DNA from: a virus
Reading direction: 5' to 3' (one strand)
Length of the DNA: 64,000 bases
IMG/VR virus record: IMGVR_UViG_3300034683_000142
Span: 34,885-98,884 of that record
Position numbers and translations under genes: made by a program. This document shows, piece after piece, positions 11,073-26,100 of this stretch (positions within the stretch are counted from its first letter, which is position 1; every line of letters starts with the position of its first letter). Under the pieces are notes generated by a model, which did not search any database, had not been told where the DNA came from, and saw only the letters and a program-made list of their open reading frames with translations.

Positions 11073-14000
11073 TTTGCCTAAAATAGAGACTAAGTCTGGA
11101 ATAGTAAATGATATGTTTTTAGCTACTATTAAAAATCCTAATGCTACTACATATGATTTTTTAAATAATAATGTAAATCCTCTAAATACAAGGTTATTAG
11201 ATAGAGACGCATATAGGGATAAATCTGTAATAAAAGCACAGTTTACTAGACCAGATGGTAAATTTGATGAAGCAGCTTTTAATGCAGCTTATAATAAAGC
11301 TTTATTTAATTATAATCAGATATCTAATGAAGAAGCTATAAAGAATCTGGACGATGTTAAATATAATCCATTTAGTGTAACTAGGCCAAAAGAAGCTAAA
11401 GTTTGGGATGTAAAAATTGAATTTTCTGAAGACATAAATCCATTTAAACAGTTATATAGTAGAGATTGGGTAAACTCAGTTACAGACAATCCTTTAAGTC
11501 CAACAGAAATAGCTCAATCTGGAAAGATATTAGATACCAGAACTGGTGAATGGCTAGATTCTGCTAATAAGAAAAATATATTTGATAAATTTTTTGGTGA
11601 AACTTTAGTATATGCCCAATGGGATGAAGATGGTGTACATACTGATCCTATAACTGGAAATACTGTAAATCATAAAAAAGGTGATTGAAAATTTGATCCA
11701 GATGGAAACTTATATCTAGAAACTCTTGGAGATAGAGAAGTGTATGGAAAACAAGTTGTTAGTCCTACTGATATTTTAACAACTGATGGAAGTGTATTTA
11801 ATAAATTTGATTTTCTGGATTCAGATGGAAGAACTAAATCTGTAGGAAAAGTAGCTGCTAAAGCTGTTGCAGAAGTAGCTCCTTTACTTATACCAGGACT
11901 AAATACTTGGTATGCTGGGACAAGAGCAGCTGTTAGTCTAGCTTCTGTACTTCCTACCTTTTATAAATCTTTAGAAGGATTATTAATCGGTGATGAAGAA
12001 AGCATATTTACAGATCCAGTTACCAAAGCTGAAGGATGGTTGGCTAAATTTAATCAAAGTAGTAAATCTGAAGAAGCTTCTAGAAGTTTCTGAAATCTAG
12101 AGCAAATGTCTGATATGGTAACTAGTGTATTCTCTCAGATTTATGAACAGAGAGCTATGGCTAGTCTATCTAGATTATTAATGAAGCCTGACAAACTTTT
12201 AGATAAAAGAACTGCTGAATTACAAAATCTTATGTCTAAAAAAGCTTATGAAGCATCTACAAAATATGGTATTGATGCTAAAGAAGCTATAAGAAATGCA
12301 GTACAAGATTTACCTGAATTACAGGAATTATATAGAAAGCAATCCCAGTTTGCAAAGGCTTTAAGTCTTGGATATATGGCATTAACCTCAACAGGTAATG
12401 TGTATGGGCAAGCTATAGATTCTGGATATGATAGAAGAACTGCTGGATTTGCATCTTTATTAACAGCTGCTGGTCAATATGGTATTATGATGAATAATAG
12501 AATGGGTGATTGGTTCTTGGATAAGACTACAGGCTATTCTATTGGAGTAAATAATGCTTTAATGAATAAAGCTATAAAACCATATCTTGAACAGACAGAT
12601 GATATACTTAAAAATTCAGGATTAAGTATAGCAGCAAAGAGAACTAAACTTGCAGAGCTATCTACTAAATTCAAAAGGAATTTAGACAATATGTTTACTG
12701 GCCCTTCAGTACTAGGAGAAGCAATGTTTAGAAATGCTATGATTGAAGGTGCAGAAGAGGTTACTGAGCAAATGGTTCAGGATGCTACTCAAGGTATAAT
12801 AGATGTTATGGGTTATCTAGGATTGACTAAAGAAAGAGGAAATTTAAGGATAGCTGAAAAATATACTAGTGGAGAATTCTTACAAGAATACCTAGCTAAC
12901 TTCATTGGAGGTGTTTTAGGTGGAGGATTGTTTGAATTGGAGAGATTTAAAATTAATCCTTGATTATCCAATGATAATAAATCTGTAAGTAATGAAACTA
13001 AAAAAGAATTAATTGAACTTATAGCTGGAGGTCATAAGGAAGAACTTAAAGATATGATTAGAAAAGAAAGTAAAAAACTTACTAATGATTTCTTATCATA
13101 CGTTACAGAGGATGGTGAATTTAAACCAAAAGAGAGTGTATCTCAAGCTGATGCCGTAGCTAACCTAGTTATAGGTATGGTTGATCAGTTAGATACTGTT
13201 TTAAATTCTGAAGGATTAAATCTTACCGATGAACAAATAATTGATAAAGCTATACGTACTAAAGTTATATTAGACAGATTTGAAGAGCTTAAATCAGATG
13301 ATAAACCATTTGGTATAGAAGCTTTAGTTCTTGACGATCTAAAGAATACAATGGTTAAAATAGCTCCACTAAAAGCAGAAATAATGAATCTTGAGAAAGA
13401 TCCAGAAAATAATAAGGAGCAAATAAAACTTAAGAGAGAAGAACTTAAAGGATATTCTAGTAGAGTTAATGACATATTGGAAGGTAAGCTAGGCATGGAG
13501 TATTTTAACCAATTGCTTATGTTACTTGATAAACCTATAATATCTAAATATGGATCTTTCGATAGAGACACATATACAAAAGCAGTTTATAAGAAAAGTT
13601 ATGATGAATTACCAGAAACTGGCATAGTAACTAAAGAATCAGTTAATAAAGAATGACAAGATTATATAGACTCAACTGATATTAAGAGTAAGTTAAAAAC
13701 TGCTACAAATGCTTTCTTAAATAATGAAAAACTAATAAATCCAATAATAGCTCAATATCATGATACTGGATATTCTGTAGAAAGGAGTAAAGTATATAAA
13801 GATGTAATTGATTTAGCTAAAACAGCTTATCTATTTCATAACTCTAATCCCCAAGAAAAGCAAAAATGATTTACTCATTTTATAGATGTGATGAATAATC
13901 TAGAATCAAGAGGAACTACTAAAGTAGGAGCATGGGATGTCTATAAAACTAGTATATTTGATGAATTTCTTAATAACTCAATGATAAAAAGAGTTGATTA

Positions 14001-17000
14001 TGGTATAGATAATGAGGGTAATATAATTAAAAATACTTCTGATATAGATGATAAATACTTATCAGAAGTAGATGAAAATGGCGTATCTAATAGAGAAAAT
14101 GCTGAAAATATAATAAATGAAATTGTTGCTAGACAACCGTCTCAAGCTCTAGATACTAGATTTTTAATAGATACTTATAATAGCATAATTGATAATAGGA
14201 ATGCTGATATTATAAATACTATTAATAGATTAGAAAGCAAAGAAAATAAAACTGAAGAAGATTATCAAGTTATAGATTCATTAAAAAAATCTATATTTAG
14301 TGTAGGTTTAACTTATGCTGAAAATCCTGCTGCTTACGAAGAGGAAAAAGAAAAAGCTAAAAATAAAATCATAACAGAAGTAGAATCCAGATTTCCAGAA
14401 TTATTTACAGAAAATGAACCTAATGAATCTAAATTATCTAAAGTAGATTCTATATTAGAAAATTATACTGTATTAAAACAAAACAGTGCTTTATATGAAA
14501 AAACTGTAGATGATATAATAAAAGATGAAGTTGGAGAAGTAAAAGAAAATTTTGATGATTATAGTAGAAGTGATTTAATAAATATCTTTAACAGATTAAA
14601 AAATATTGGTATTCTAGACCAAATAAGTCTCAAATATAGTGATATAAATGAAGAACTAGAAAAAATAGAATCTGGTGAGTATGATAAAGATACTTTAAAA
14701 AATATTTTAAGTATTACTAATGAACATATTTTGGAATCTAAAGCTATTCTAGGTAATCCTAAATATGAAGATTTGCTTAATAAGTTATCAAATATAAATG
14801 AAGAATTATCAAAAAATCTTAATTTATATACTCCAGATATTATGAAATTACAGAATGTAGCTTTTAGTACTATAATAAGAGCACTAGATTCTGGAATTTT
14901 AGATAGAGAGTTGTTTAATGAAGCTAAGAATATAGTGAATAATGATTTACTTGTAGCTAAAAATAAACTCTTTAAAAATGGTGATAATTTAAGTAATGAG
15001 GATTTCATAAATATTATTAACAGCATTGATACTATAGTAGATAGAATAAGTTCTTTATCTCCAGATGTATTCTTTAGTGATGAATCTTTAGGTGATTATG
15101 AACCTTATGAGGGTTTGTATCTTATGACTTTAGCTGATTTGTTACAGACATATGATGCATTTTATTCTGGAGATTTCTCATCTATTCCTGATTTCTTCAA
15201 AGAAGAAGGTAGATATATGGATGAGGAAGATTTTAACTACTATTCTGAAAAGTTTAAAAATGAATTCGGAGAAGATTGGCCATTATTAAGAAAAGTATTA
15301 GAGAATTTTGATGACCCAGATGCGTATGCTTCTTCTGTTATTTTAAACATTAGTTCAGGTTTAAATAAGAATTCTGTAGGTAATGCTATAAATAACTATG
15401 AAATACTGTCCAAATACGAAAAGAATACTAATAATTTTATTTCTAATCCTTTATATGATTTTTTAAGAAAATATTTTATATCTTTGGATTCTGGTAAAAA
15501 ACCATTAACTATTTTAGATATACTTCAAAGAGAAGAAACTTCTTATAATGCAGCTTCTGGTGCTTCTAATTTTATATCTGATGATATAAGAGAACAAGAT
15601 GTTAGACAAGCTATACAGATGCTTGAGTTATTAAAAGTAAATATAATGGCTGCTAGCCAATCAGATGTTAATGGAGAGTTGCTAGGATTTATAACTTTAA
15701 GAAAAAAATATGCCGAAAAATCTGGAATAAAAGATGATGTTCTTGATTTAAGAACTATATCATCTGATGAAGGACAGTCTATGATTAATGATATAGATCG
15801 TCTTATAATAAGATTAGATTTTATATCTGGATTAGCCACTTTTAATAGGAAGAGAACTGCTGTAGAACAGGAAGAAATAGGTAGAAAAATGGATAATGTT
15901 CTACTAAGTACTTGGGATACTATTATAAAAAGTGAGATAGGTAATGAATTCATACCTTTAGAAGCTATACAAAATGCTTTAAGTTCAAATAAAAAATCAA
16001 GTGCTAAGTTATTAGATATAGAAGATGCTGTATATGAGCATAATAAAAATAGAAAAATAGATGCTTTTAGAGTTTTAATAAGAAATTTTGAAGGAGCTGT
16101 AGTTGGAGAAAGGTCTAATATAACCAAAGATATGACTTCAGCAGATGTAGTTCAAATGGATTTAATAAACTATTTAGCTACTACTTTAGCAGTTAAATCT
16201 TCTAGCTATTGAACAAGAAGAAGGAAGAATCTTGAAAGAGAGGGTAAAGCACCGTTTTATATGCAGGAGTTAGTTGCAAAAGAAACTTATGCTTCTATAG
16301 TTAATCCAGATCTATTTGCAGAAACCTTTAATGTAAAGAAAAATGCTTTAAAAGATGATACTAGTTCAATTACTATAGTATTAGGGTCTGCTGGTTCTGG
16401 AAAAACTACAGCTATTATGGGTTCTGTTATAAATGATATAAAAGATTCTAATCCAAAATCAACAATATGGTTAAGTGCTCCCAGTCAACTACAAACTGAT
16501 AATCTTACTAAAGCAATAATTGATGTAACAGGCAACGAAGGATTGTATTATACTAGCTTTAATAAGAAACAATTATTTTCACAGTTTGGAAGTGAGGTAG
16601 AAAAGTTATATGATAGAATTCAAGATAGTATAAGAAATCTTGACAGTGTTAAGACTTATACTTGGGAACAACATCAAAAAGGTGAAGATAGGTCTGAACT
16701 ATTTAGCATAGTAAATGATGCTTTATTTTTTAATATCCCAGAAGATATATATGATAAAATAGACTTAAGTAAAGCTCCAAATTTATTAATAATAGATGAG
16801 GTAACTCACTTTTCTAATCCAGAATTACAACTGTTACATGCTATATCTCAAGTTTCTAAAAAGAGTAATAGCAATTTTATGAAAGTTGTTGGTCTTGGAG
16901 ATCAAAATCAGCTAGGTTATAAAGTTAAACATTTAAATCAATATATAAATTTCAATATAGAAGGAATAAATGCAATATTTACTCCTGTACTATTAACATC

Positions 17001-20000
17001 TGTAAGAGCTAGTAATGATCAACAAAGAGTAAATAATGATTTACTTCTTAATTTGGCATCTAAAGCAGACAATATAACTTCTGATATTGCAGATGTAGCA
17101 ACTGCTAATGCTATGGTTAGGTCTATGCTTAGTGATGTAAATGTAGTAACTGGACTTAAATACTATTTAGATAATAATTCTTTTAAAGGTACTTATATAG
17201 CTCATTCTTATAGAGATTTAAATCCTCTTTCTGTTATTGCAAGAGAGTATAAGAATGGCAAAAAGAATAATAAAACTGTTACAATTGGAGTTATAACTTC
17301 TACTGGGGATATTGATGAAGAGTTATTAAGTAGTTTGGATAAAGTCGGGCTTTCTAAGGATGACATTACAATATTTAGTGCTAATAATGTTCAAGGTAGT
17401 GAAGTTGACTACATGATTTTTGGTACAGAAGATATATTGAAATATGATAAGCTTAAAGAAAATCTAAGAGCATTATATACTTTTGCATCTAGAAGTAGGT
17501 CTGCTAGTATTATAATAGATCCAGATAATAAATTAAATGATGTATTAAGTATTACGAATGCAGATAAATCTTTATATTATATAGATTATGATCCATTAAC
17601 CCCTACTTTAATAGAAGATCTTAAAAAGAAAAGATTGCAGGATTTAGATGAGTTGTTAAAAAATATTGATAGTCAGTTAGAAGATTTTAAATGGATATCA
17701 GGAATTACTACAACAACCCCTAGTACAGATATTGATTTTGGTGCAGTTGCTAATCCAAATTTATATTTAGATACTCCAGAGGATAACAAAAGTCTTAAAA
17801 TAATGAGTGGGAAAATTAAAGCTAATGACTTTAAAATAATGCTTCATTCATTTTATAATAGTCCTGGAGCTAAATTATCTATAGAAGATGGGAAACCCTC
17901 AAAAATAACTGTAGATAAAGAAATGCCTAATTTTGACTTAAATGGATTAAAGAATGTAACTTCTAAAGATAAAGCAAAAAATATAGTAAATCAATGAGTA
18001 TCTCTTAAGTATAATATATTAAATAAAAGACCAATAAAATCTACCGACTATAAGGATTACTTAAGTCATATATTTGCGGGAAACTTTAATAACCCTACTA
18101 ATATAAATGTAGAATATATGACTGTAGTCCAAAGATATAATGAAGAATATCATGACCCTTATGCTAAATATGAAGGAGATTCTAGTTTATATTTAAAGAA
18201 CACTGATTTATTCATAAATTTAGTAGCAAAAATATCTATAGGTGATAAGAGCCATTTTATAACTTTGGCAAATTTTCCTACTAAAGATACTTTACTTTCA
18301 GAAGGTTTAAAACAAGTCGATGGGGATGTTTCTACATTAGAATCTAAAATAAATGATTTTTATGATAAGCTAGAACATGACATACCATTAGATTTTAAAG
18401 GATTTAAAAAACTTAATAATATAGATATTAGCAGTTTTCAACCAATTACTAGTACTAGATTAGTAACCAAAGATTTAGATAATAAATCTATCTACACATT
18501 AGATACTTTATCTGATAAAATACCAGGATTAAAATATAGTACTATAAAAATATTTCCTGGAAATATAGATGATTTCAAAAATTATGTAAATAAGTACACC
18601 TTTGGAGAAAAAAGATCTGATGAAGAATTAGGAAAACTATTTAATATATTAAAAAACAAGCCACATATAATAATATCCTTTGATTCTGATTTAAATGGTT
18701 CTAATGAAAATAGTCAGGCTAAGTTAATGCCGATAGGATCCAAATCAAGAAAGTTAAATGAGCTTATTGATGAAATACTTAATCTAAAGAAAGATGCTAA
18801 TATAGAATTAACTCAATTTTATAAAAATACTAGTAATGGTGTTTATACTCCAAGTAAGGAATTAAATGCTAAATTTGAGACAGTTTTAAATCCTTCTCAA
18901 ATACTAGATATGTTAATAAAGTGAGTGCAAACTGATATTGATATAAATGGGGATAATATTAAATTAATAGACTTATTATCTAGAGAGATTAATTTTGAGA
19001 ATACTAATGATATTTATCAAGGTAATAAATCTATATTAGATCTTATAAATAATTTCAAAGAATCTACTGTTACTGGAGAAAAACTAAAAGATGTTATAAA
19101 AATAGTAAAAGATACCATAAATAATAATCCAAAAGCTGAAGCTAAAGAAATAAAGGATTCTGTTATCAAACAGATTAGAAAAGGTTATACTGGGTGACAT
19201 TGGAACTTCTATAATTTATTTGCTTATGCTGATATAATAGATCAATCTTTTAAAAAGAAGATTTTTGAAATGGTAAAATCTGGCTATCTTATAGATAGAG
19301 ATATAGATTTTGAGTCTGAAGGATTAAAAGAACTTAAGGGTAATATTGAAAAACTATTTTATCCTATAAAAAATTGAGGATTTTACTATAATGTTCCTAT
19401 AAGTTTAGATAAAAATTCTAATATTGTAGCTAATGAATATATAAGTGGAGAACATGGGTTTAGTCCTAAATATTTTTCTGATAAATTCTTTATAACATCT
19501 ACTCCAGAAGGGCCAAGACTTTTATTAGATTTTAATTCTGTAATAAATAGTAATCCTACTATTGTGGATGAAAATAAAGCTGAACCAGTGCCAGATATAG
19601 TAAAAGAAGTTACAAGAAACACAGAAAAAGAACCTATTTTGGATTTAATTAAAGAACAAACTCTAAATACACCGAGAAATCCTATTTCAAGTACTAACAG
19701 TGATTCTACAGTATATAATAATACTATAGATATATCTAGTATAGAAATCAAAGATGTTAATGGAAATATTATAAAACCATTTACTGACTTTAATGTAGAT
19801 ATATTACCAGGTCTCTTAGATGGTGCTAATATGTTAAATAGAAAGGATGAAGCTATTAGTAAAATTAATGATGCTATAAATACTTTAGTTACTACTATAT
19901 CAACAGGTTCAAATATACTTGGGGTTCCTAAAACTGGGTATGAAGCTATTAGAGACTTTTTAATATCATTAGCAGAGTTTGGAGATGGTTATGTAGAAGA

Positions 20001-20148
20001 CGGTGATTTACCAACTTCAATAGATATTATTAAAGCTTTTTATGGAGAAATTTCTAAATTACCTAAAGAAGTTAAAGAAAAAATAAAGAATTCTAATTTT
20101 AGAAATTCTTTAAATAAATTAATAAAAAATATTAATCAATGTAAATAA
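11062..20148 (+). CDS. Giant virion protein (~3028 aa) with an SF1 helicase-like P-loop domain; RNAP-associated cargo
   Basis: Nine ORF-track pieces share one frame and the gaps contain no TAA/TAG (10 TGA). SF1 motifs GSAGSGKTT, LLIIDEVTH, GLGDQNQ, VQGSEVD and LYTFASRSR lie within ORF 16261..17997. Confidence 0.8.
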
Positions 20149-23100
20149 TGCATACTTGTAGTAATAAAATTCAGAAACGCATTATCGAGGCTATGGATAA
20201 CTACCTCCTTGATGCTGATAATCCTACATTTTTAGATTTAGAAGAGTATATAGCAGAAGAACTTGGAAGAGATACTTTTAGTTTTAAGGAAGTATCCGAT
20301 AATGCTCCAATAATTACAAAATTAAAGGACATATTTGGTGAAGATATAGACTTGTCATCTGACGAGTCTATATCTCACTATTCTAATATATTAAAGGATG
20401 TAAAATCGTACTCTATAGATGATTTGTTTCATGGTATTCCAGCTGCTAAAGTAGAGTTTGATAGCTATGTTAAAAGAGTTGTAATAGGAGAAGGTGTATT
20501 AGGTAAAAACAATGATGATACCTATGCAGTAAATGATGAACAGTTAAATAATAATTTTACTAGAATAAAAAGTGATTTATTTAACAAAATTCAAGATTTT
20601 CTAATCAGTAAAAATTTATATCATGGGGATATTCTGCCTTTATATAATGAAGAAGGAGTAGCAAATTATGATAGTTATGTAAATATAATGACTATTATTA
20701 ATGATTATTTTTTCAATAATCCAGAAATACCTATTATAAAATCATATACTAATAAGAAAATACCTAATCTATCAGTAAGTGATGCTAATAAGCCTATATT
20801 AGAAGCATACTATAACATGATTTTACTTTCTAATTTTGATACTGTTATAAGTACAAAATTTAAGAATTTCTTTAAAGTAAATTTAAATAAATTTAATCTA
20901 TTAGATTCTGGGTTTGGAGAAAATTTGAAATACTATTTAAAATTTGATCCAATAACTACTCCATATTGAAGAAACGATAATCACCAATCTGATAGCTCTG
21001 AAGAAAGAACTGATGAATTTACAAGAAATATTGTAAGTATCATACCTTTGTATAATAAGTATGGTGTTAAAACTGACGAGTATCTTGAGGTAAATGATCT
21101 TTATTTAATAGCTGCTAAAGTATCTGAATTTGAATTACGAGAAGGCAATAGGCTAAAGAATCAAAATACCAGCTTTGACTATTTTAATAGTAATCCTATA
21201 GAAAAACTCAAATGGTACATAGAAAATATTAACAAAGCTATAAGTAGGGAATCAGATTCAATACAAGAATTAAATAGATATTTTGATTCTATATATGATA
21301 AGATATTATCTATTGATAAATTTATAAATGAATCTGAATATAATATAGCTAAAAAAGAGGTTAATTCTGGAAATTCTATATTAGGTTATATAGCACAAGT
21401 AATTAATAACAATTATGGAACTTCATATGCATCTTATGATATTAAAGGAAAATATAATGTACAAGAAATGTATAACCAAGATTTTAACTCAACTAGGGTT
21501 CAAAGTACTGTATTTTCTACGTTAAAGATGCACTATGCAGATAAGGATTTTTATAATATATCGGATGACTTTGAAGAACTTTTTCCTAATAGAATAGATA
21601 CAGTTGATAACATATTACATGCTGTAGAATCTGGTGAAATAGACTACAATAAATTAAATAAATATATAACTTCTAAAACAGGTATAGCAATGTCTAAACA
21701 ATCTTTAATTAATACTATTAAAGATGTTTCAGTACATAATAAAAATGGCAATCCTGTTAACGGTATAGAATTTAAAAGTATGCTTAAAGAATTAATGTTA
21801 AATCTTAAAGCTGATTTTAGTTCTGATACATTTAGAGAAGCTGTAGCATTATCTAACGATAAATCTGTTAGGTTAGATTCAACTGTTGGTAAGTATTTAT
21901 CAAATACAGTAAAAAATCCATTATTTATAGCTCTAAAAAATTCTTTCATAGATAAGTTTACTGTAAAAGTAGTAATGAATGCTAATACAGCAAATGGTGA
22001 TACAATACCTTCTTTTAAAATAGGAAATCTTACATACAAGGACACACAGTTATTTGACTTAAGAAGACAATATGAAAGAGAAAATCCAAATGGATTTTTT
22101 AAAAGTTTGTTATTGAAAGACAGTCCAGCTATTCTTGGAACTTTGACTAAACTAGAAGTAGTTAGAAAAGGAAGAGCCAAAGACTATTCTAAACTTACTC
22201 CAGAAGAACAATTTATATCCGATTTTAATTATGACTTTTTAAAGAGTTTAAATTATTTTGGAAGATTTTCTGTAATATTAGGAAACTATTCTGATAAACC
22301 AACAATACTAGCCAAAATTATAAATGGAGATTTTAAGTTAACAGAAAATGGCAAGCCAATTGTCAGGGAGTCTATTGATACTATATTAGAAACTGTAAGA
22401 GTACAGTCTTTTTCTTATTATTCTGATTTATTAGATAGTATATTTTTAGATTATAAAAATATATTTGATATATTAGGTATTAAAAATAATATAGATTTAA
22501 ATTGGAAAAATAATAATAAATTAGAAGACAATGTAAAAAACATAAATGATATTCTTAAAGTTAATAGTATATCAAGTATAAATGATAGGCTCGCTGATAT
22601 ATCCCCAGATAAGAGACCAAATTTGTTAATGCAAGAACTTCACTATTCTAAATATTCTAATGGAACTTTTTTAAATAATCTTATCTTAGATAATTACCTA
22701 ATATTTTCAGATAGTTCTAAAGATGGGTTGTTTTATAATATGTTTGTTCCTAGAACTGAAAGTTCTTTCATAACTAAATTTTCTAAGTTTTCTAATCCAG
22801 ATTCTTTACATATAGACAAGAATGAAATTGATAGTTATTTAAATTTATTAAGTATAAATAGAGAAGACTTTAAGTCAAAGAACGGTAGTAAATCTACTTA
22901 TGAATATGATTCTTTACTTATAAATAATAAATTAAATCCATTTGTAAAGAAATGGCTTTGATTAAATTCTTTATTTAGAAATGAGTATTTATATATAGGA
23001 GTAAAAGGAGAGTATATGCATCCTCATAAGAGCAATATACTTTTTAGATTTGGAAGTGATGATAAAAACTATTGGGATAATTACTTTTTAGAAATGTCTA

Positions 23101-26100
23101 AAAGGATGATTCCATTAGGTAAAAGAAATGTTACTTATACTGCTTCTATAGAATCACCTATTAGAAATTCTAAAAGAGGTGTTCCAGATAAGATTAATGT
23201 TGCTGCAATAGAGGATTATAAATCTAATATATATACAACTTCTGGGTATAAAAAAATTGGAGCAGATTCACATGATGGCTCTTCTTTCTTAGATTATGTA
23301 TATAGTAAAATGGTTGATGAATCTTTTCCTGGAAAAGGTTATTCTGGAACTAAAAAACAGTTTGCTACCTTTGTAACCCCATATGGTGTCACAATTAAAA
23401 AAGATGCAGAATCAGTTATAACTAATGCTAAAATACTAGCATCTGGAGATTCTGACATTAATCTTCTTCATATTAAATATAAGATGCTAAACATTCCTAT
23501 AGGAGATGCTGTAAGATTAACATATAATTCTGGGAGTTTAGCTAATTATTATATAATAAGAAATGGTGTTAGACTTAGAGTAAATTCTATAAAGATAAAC
23601 AATGATGATGGTGGTAATTATATAAGTATAAACTATTCTAAAGGAATAGAAAAGGATGGCCAAATTATATATACTGGCTCTATAGACACTAAAGAATATA
23701 TAGATACTTTATATGATATATGAAATCATATAGGTGCACAATACTCAATAGATGTAAATGGAAACTTTAACGAAGAATCTAATGAAAGGTTATATGATAT
23801 AGTTATAAATACTAACAATGGTATTTTAAAAACTAAAATGATTCATATACTTTCTAATGTATCTGCATTAAAAGCAGGAGCTGCTGGAGTTAATAGTGTT
23901 TCTAGATGAAAGAGTTGGGATTCGTTATTATATTCTACTTATAATAGTAGATTTATGGGGCCTCAGTTGGATGCTTCTCATGAAGCTGATCAATCTGAAA
24001 TTAGGGAAGTATCTCAAGTTATTTCAGCTTTATCACAAGGAGGTTTTACAGCTGATATAGCTGATGAAGCCTATAGAGATATAGCTAATGTCATAGCTAA
24101 GTCTATGGATAAGTACTTAAAACATATGAAAGTAGATAATGTTGATAAGAATGCATTATATAATATGTTAAGTGCAAAATTCATTAGAAGCATACAAAAA
24201 TCTGATAGAGAGGAAATAACTAAAGACCTTATAAATATTTTATTAGATAATGGAGTACCTGTACCATTTAGTAATCAAAATTTTTATAATTTATATGTAA
24301 GAGAAATAATAACAACTCTAAATAATGACTTTATATCTAGAAATTATCCTGGAATAGGTGGAGTGTTGATACCATCTCATGGTATGATACAACTCTACGA
24401 TGTATTAGATGGAAACAAATGGATAACTGTTACTCAAGAAGATATTGTTAAAGAAGCTTTATCAGTTCTTAGAAATAATGAAAAAGTACCTGTAAACAGT
24501 ATTAAATTATATGACACAGTAGTAATAGGTGGAATAGAGTTATCAATTGATACAGAGCAAAGATTAAGATGGTTGAAAGATAACTATAGTGATAGACTTG
24601 TTGAAAAAGTACCTGAATGAAATAATGAAGATTTTGTAAACGAATATATAGTTAATAAATTAAAAGATATTTTAGTAAATTCTGAAGACATAGAATTAGG
24701 TGATACTATAAGAATAGATGGAGAAGCTATTACATTAGATACTCCAGCTAAATATTATTCTTTTAAAGAAAGTGGGCCATCTACTGTATATAGAGTTTTA
24801 TCTAAACCTAGAGACTTAAAACCAACTTTACATACTTTTAAAGAAATAGTATATGATCCACAAACTAATTCAGAAATTACTATACACAAAAATACTTTTG
24901 ATATTCAACCTTTAGCTTTATTATATAAATATACAGAAAATATATTAAATGATAAGGACAAAATTATTATCAATAATATAAAAAATTATATTGGCAATGA
25001 GAATATAGTTAAGTTTTTAAGAGCTTGGTATCAGAGAGATCTTCAATTATTAGATCACGGTTTAATAATGAAAGAACTTAAAGAAACAGATAATGTATCA
25101 GAATATTTTAAGAATGACAATGTATTAGAGGATATATTACAAGATGTATTATCTTATTATCAAAATAATGCAAATAAAATAGTTGATTTAAGATTTAAGC
25201 CTGCTGAAATAATGATGCCAGACATCTATAAATCTACTTTTAATAGAGACGATAATGATAGTTTGTATAGGATAAAAAAAGAGGGGCCTAAATACTTTAA
25301 AAATAAATTTGATATATTATATGACTATGATAATACAGAAGCTGATATAAAAATTGTAACTAGTGATGTTAGTAATCCTGTTTATATAAGACTTGTAACT
25401 AAATTAACTGGTGTAAATAATGTAAATATAAAAAGAAATCCAGATGTTGATTATGAGTTATACTCTAGATATAATGAGGTTGGTGATAGGTTATACGATT
25501 TAGTAGATTATAAAAACATTAGAGCATTCTCTGAGGGAGGAAAAGAAATAATAGAAATTAAAGTTGGATATACTGATAAGAATGGTAAAAATATTCTTAA
25601 GAGAAATGCATTTGCTAATGTAGAAAGACTGATAAAATCTTTTACAGATATAAGAGCTATTGTCCCACTAAATAATGGAAATATTAGTTCAGCTTATTAT
25701 AGTAATATAGTAAGTAAAGAGGAAATGTTAGATATATCTGAACAAGAAATAAAAAATGTAAAAAATGATGATTCTTTAGATCCTGTAAATGTATATTCTA
25801 ATATATCAAACATATTTTCTAAATATAACGATATTAATCTAGTTGGAATAGATACCTCAAATAAAAATTGATTTTCTAGTAATAAAGAATTAATTTTAAA
25901 TAGATTAGCTAATTCTATATATGCTTCTTGGGAAAAATCTCATGATGTAGTAGCTTCTCGTATTCCTTCTCAATCTATGCAATCATTTATGCCTATGCGT
26001 AATGTTGGATATATAAAAGGTAATACAAATGATGTATATGTGAGTGTACACCAGATATTTCTACAAGGTTCTGACTTTGATGTGGATAAGGCTTATATAT

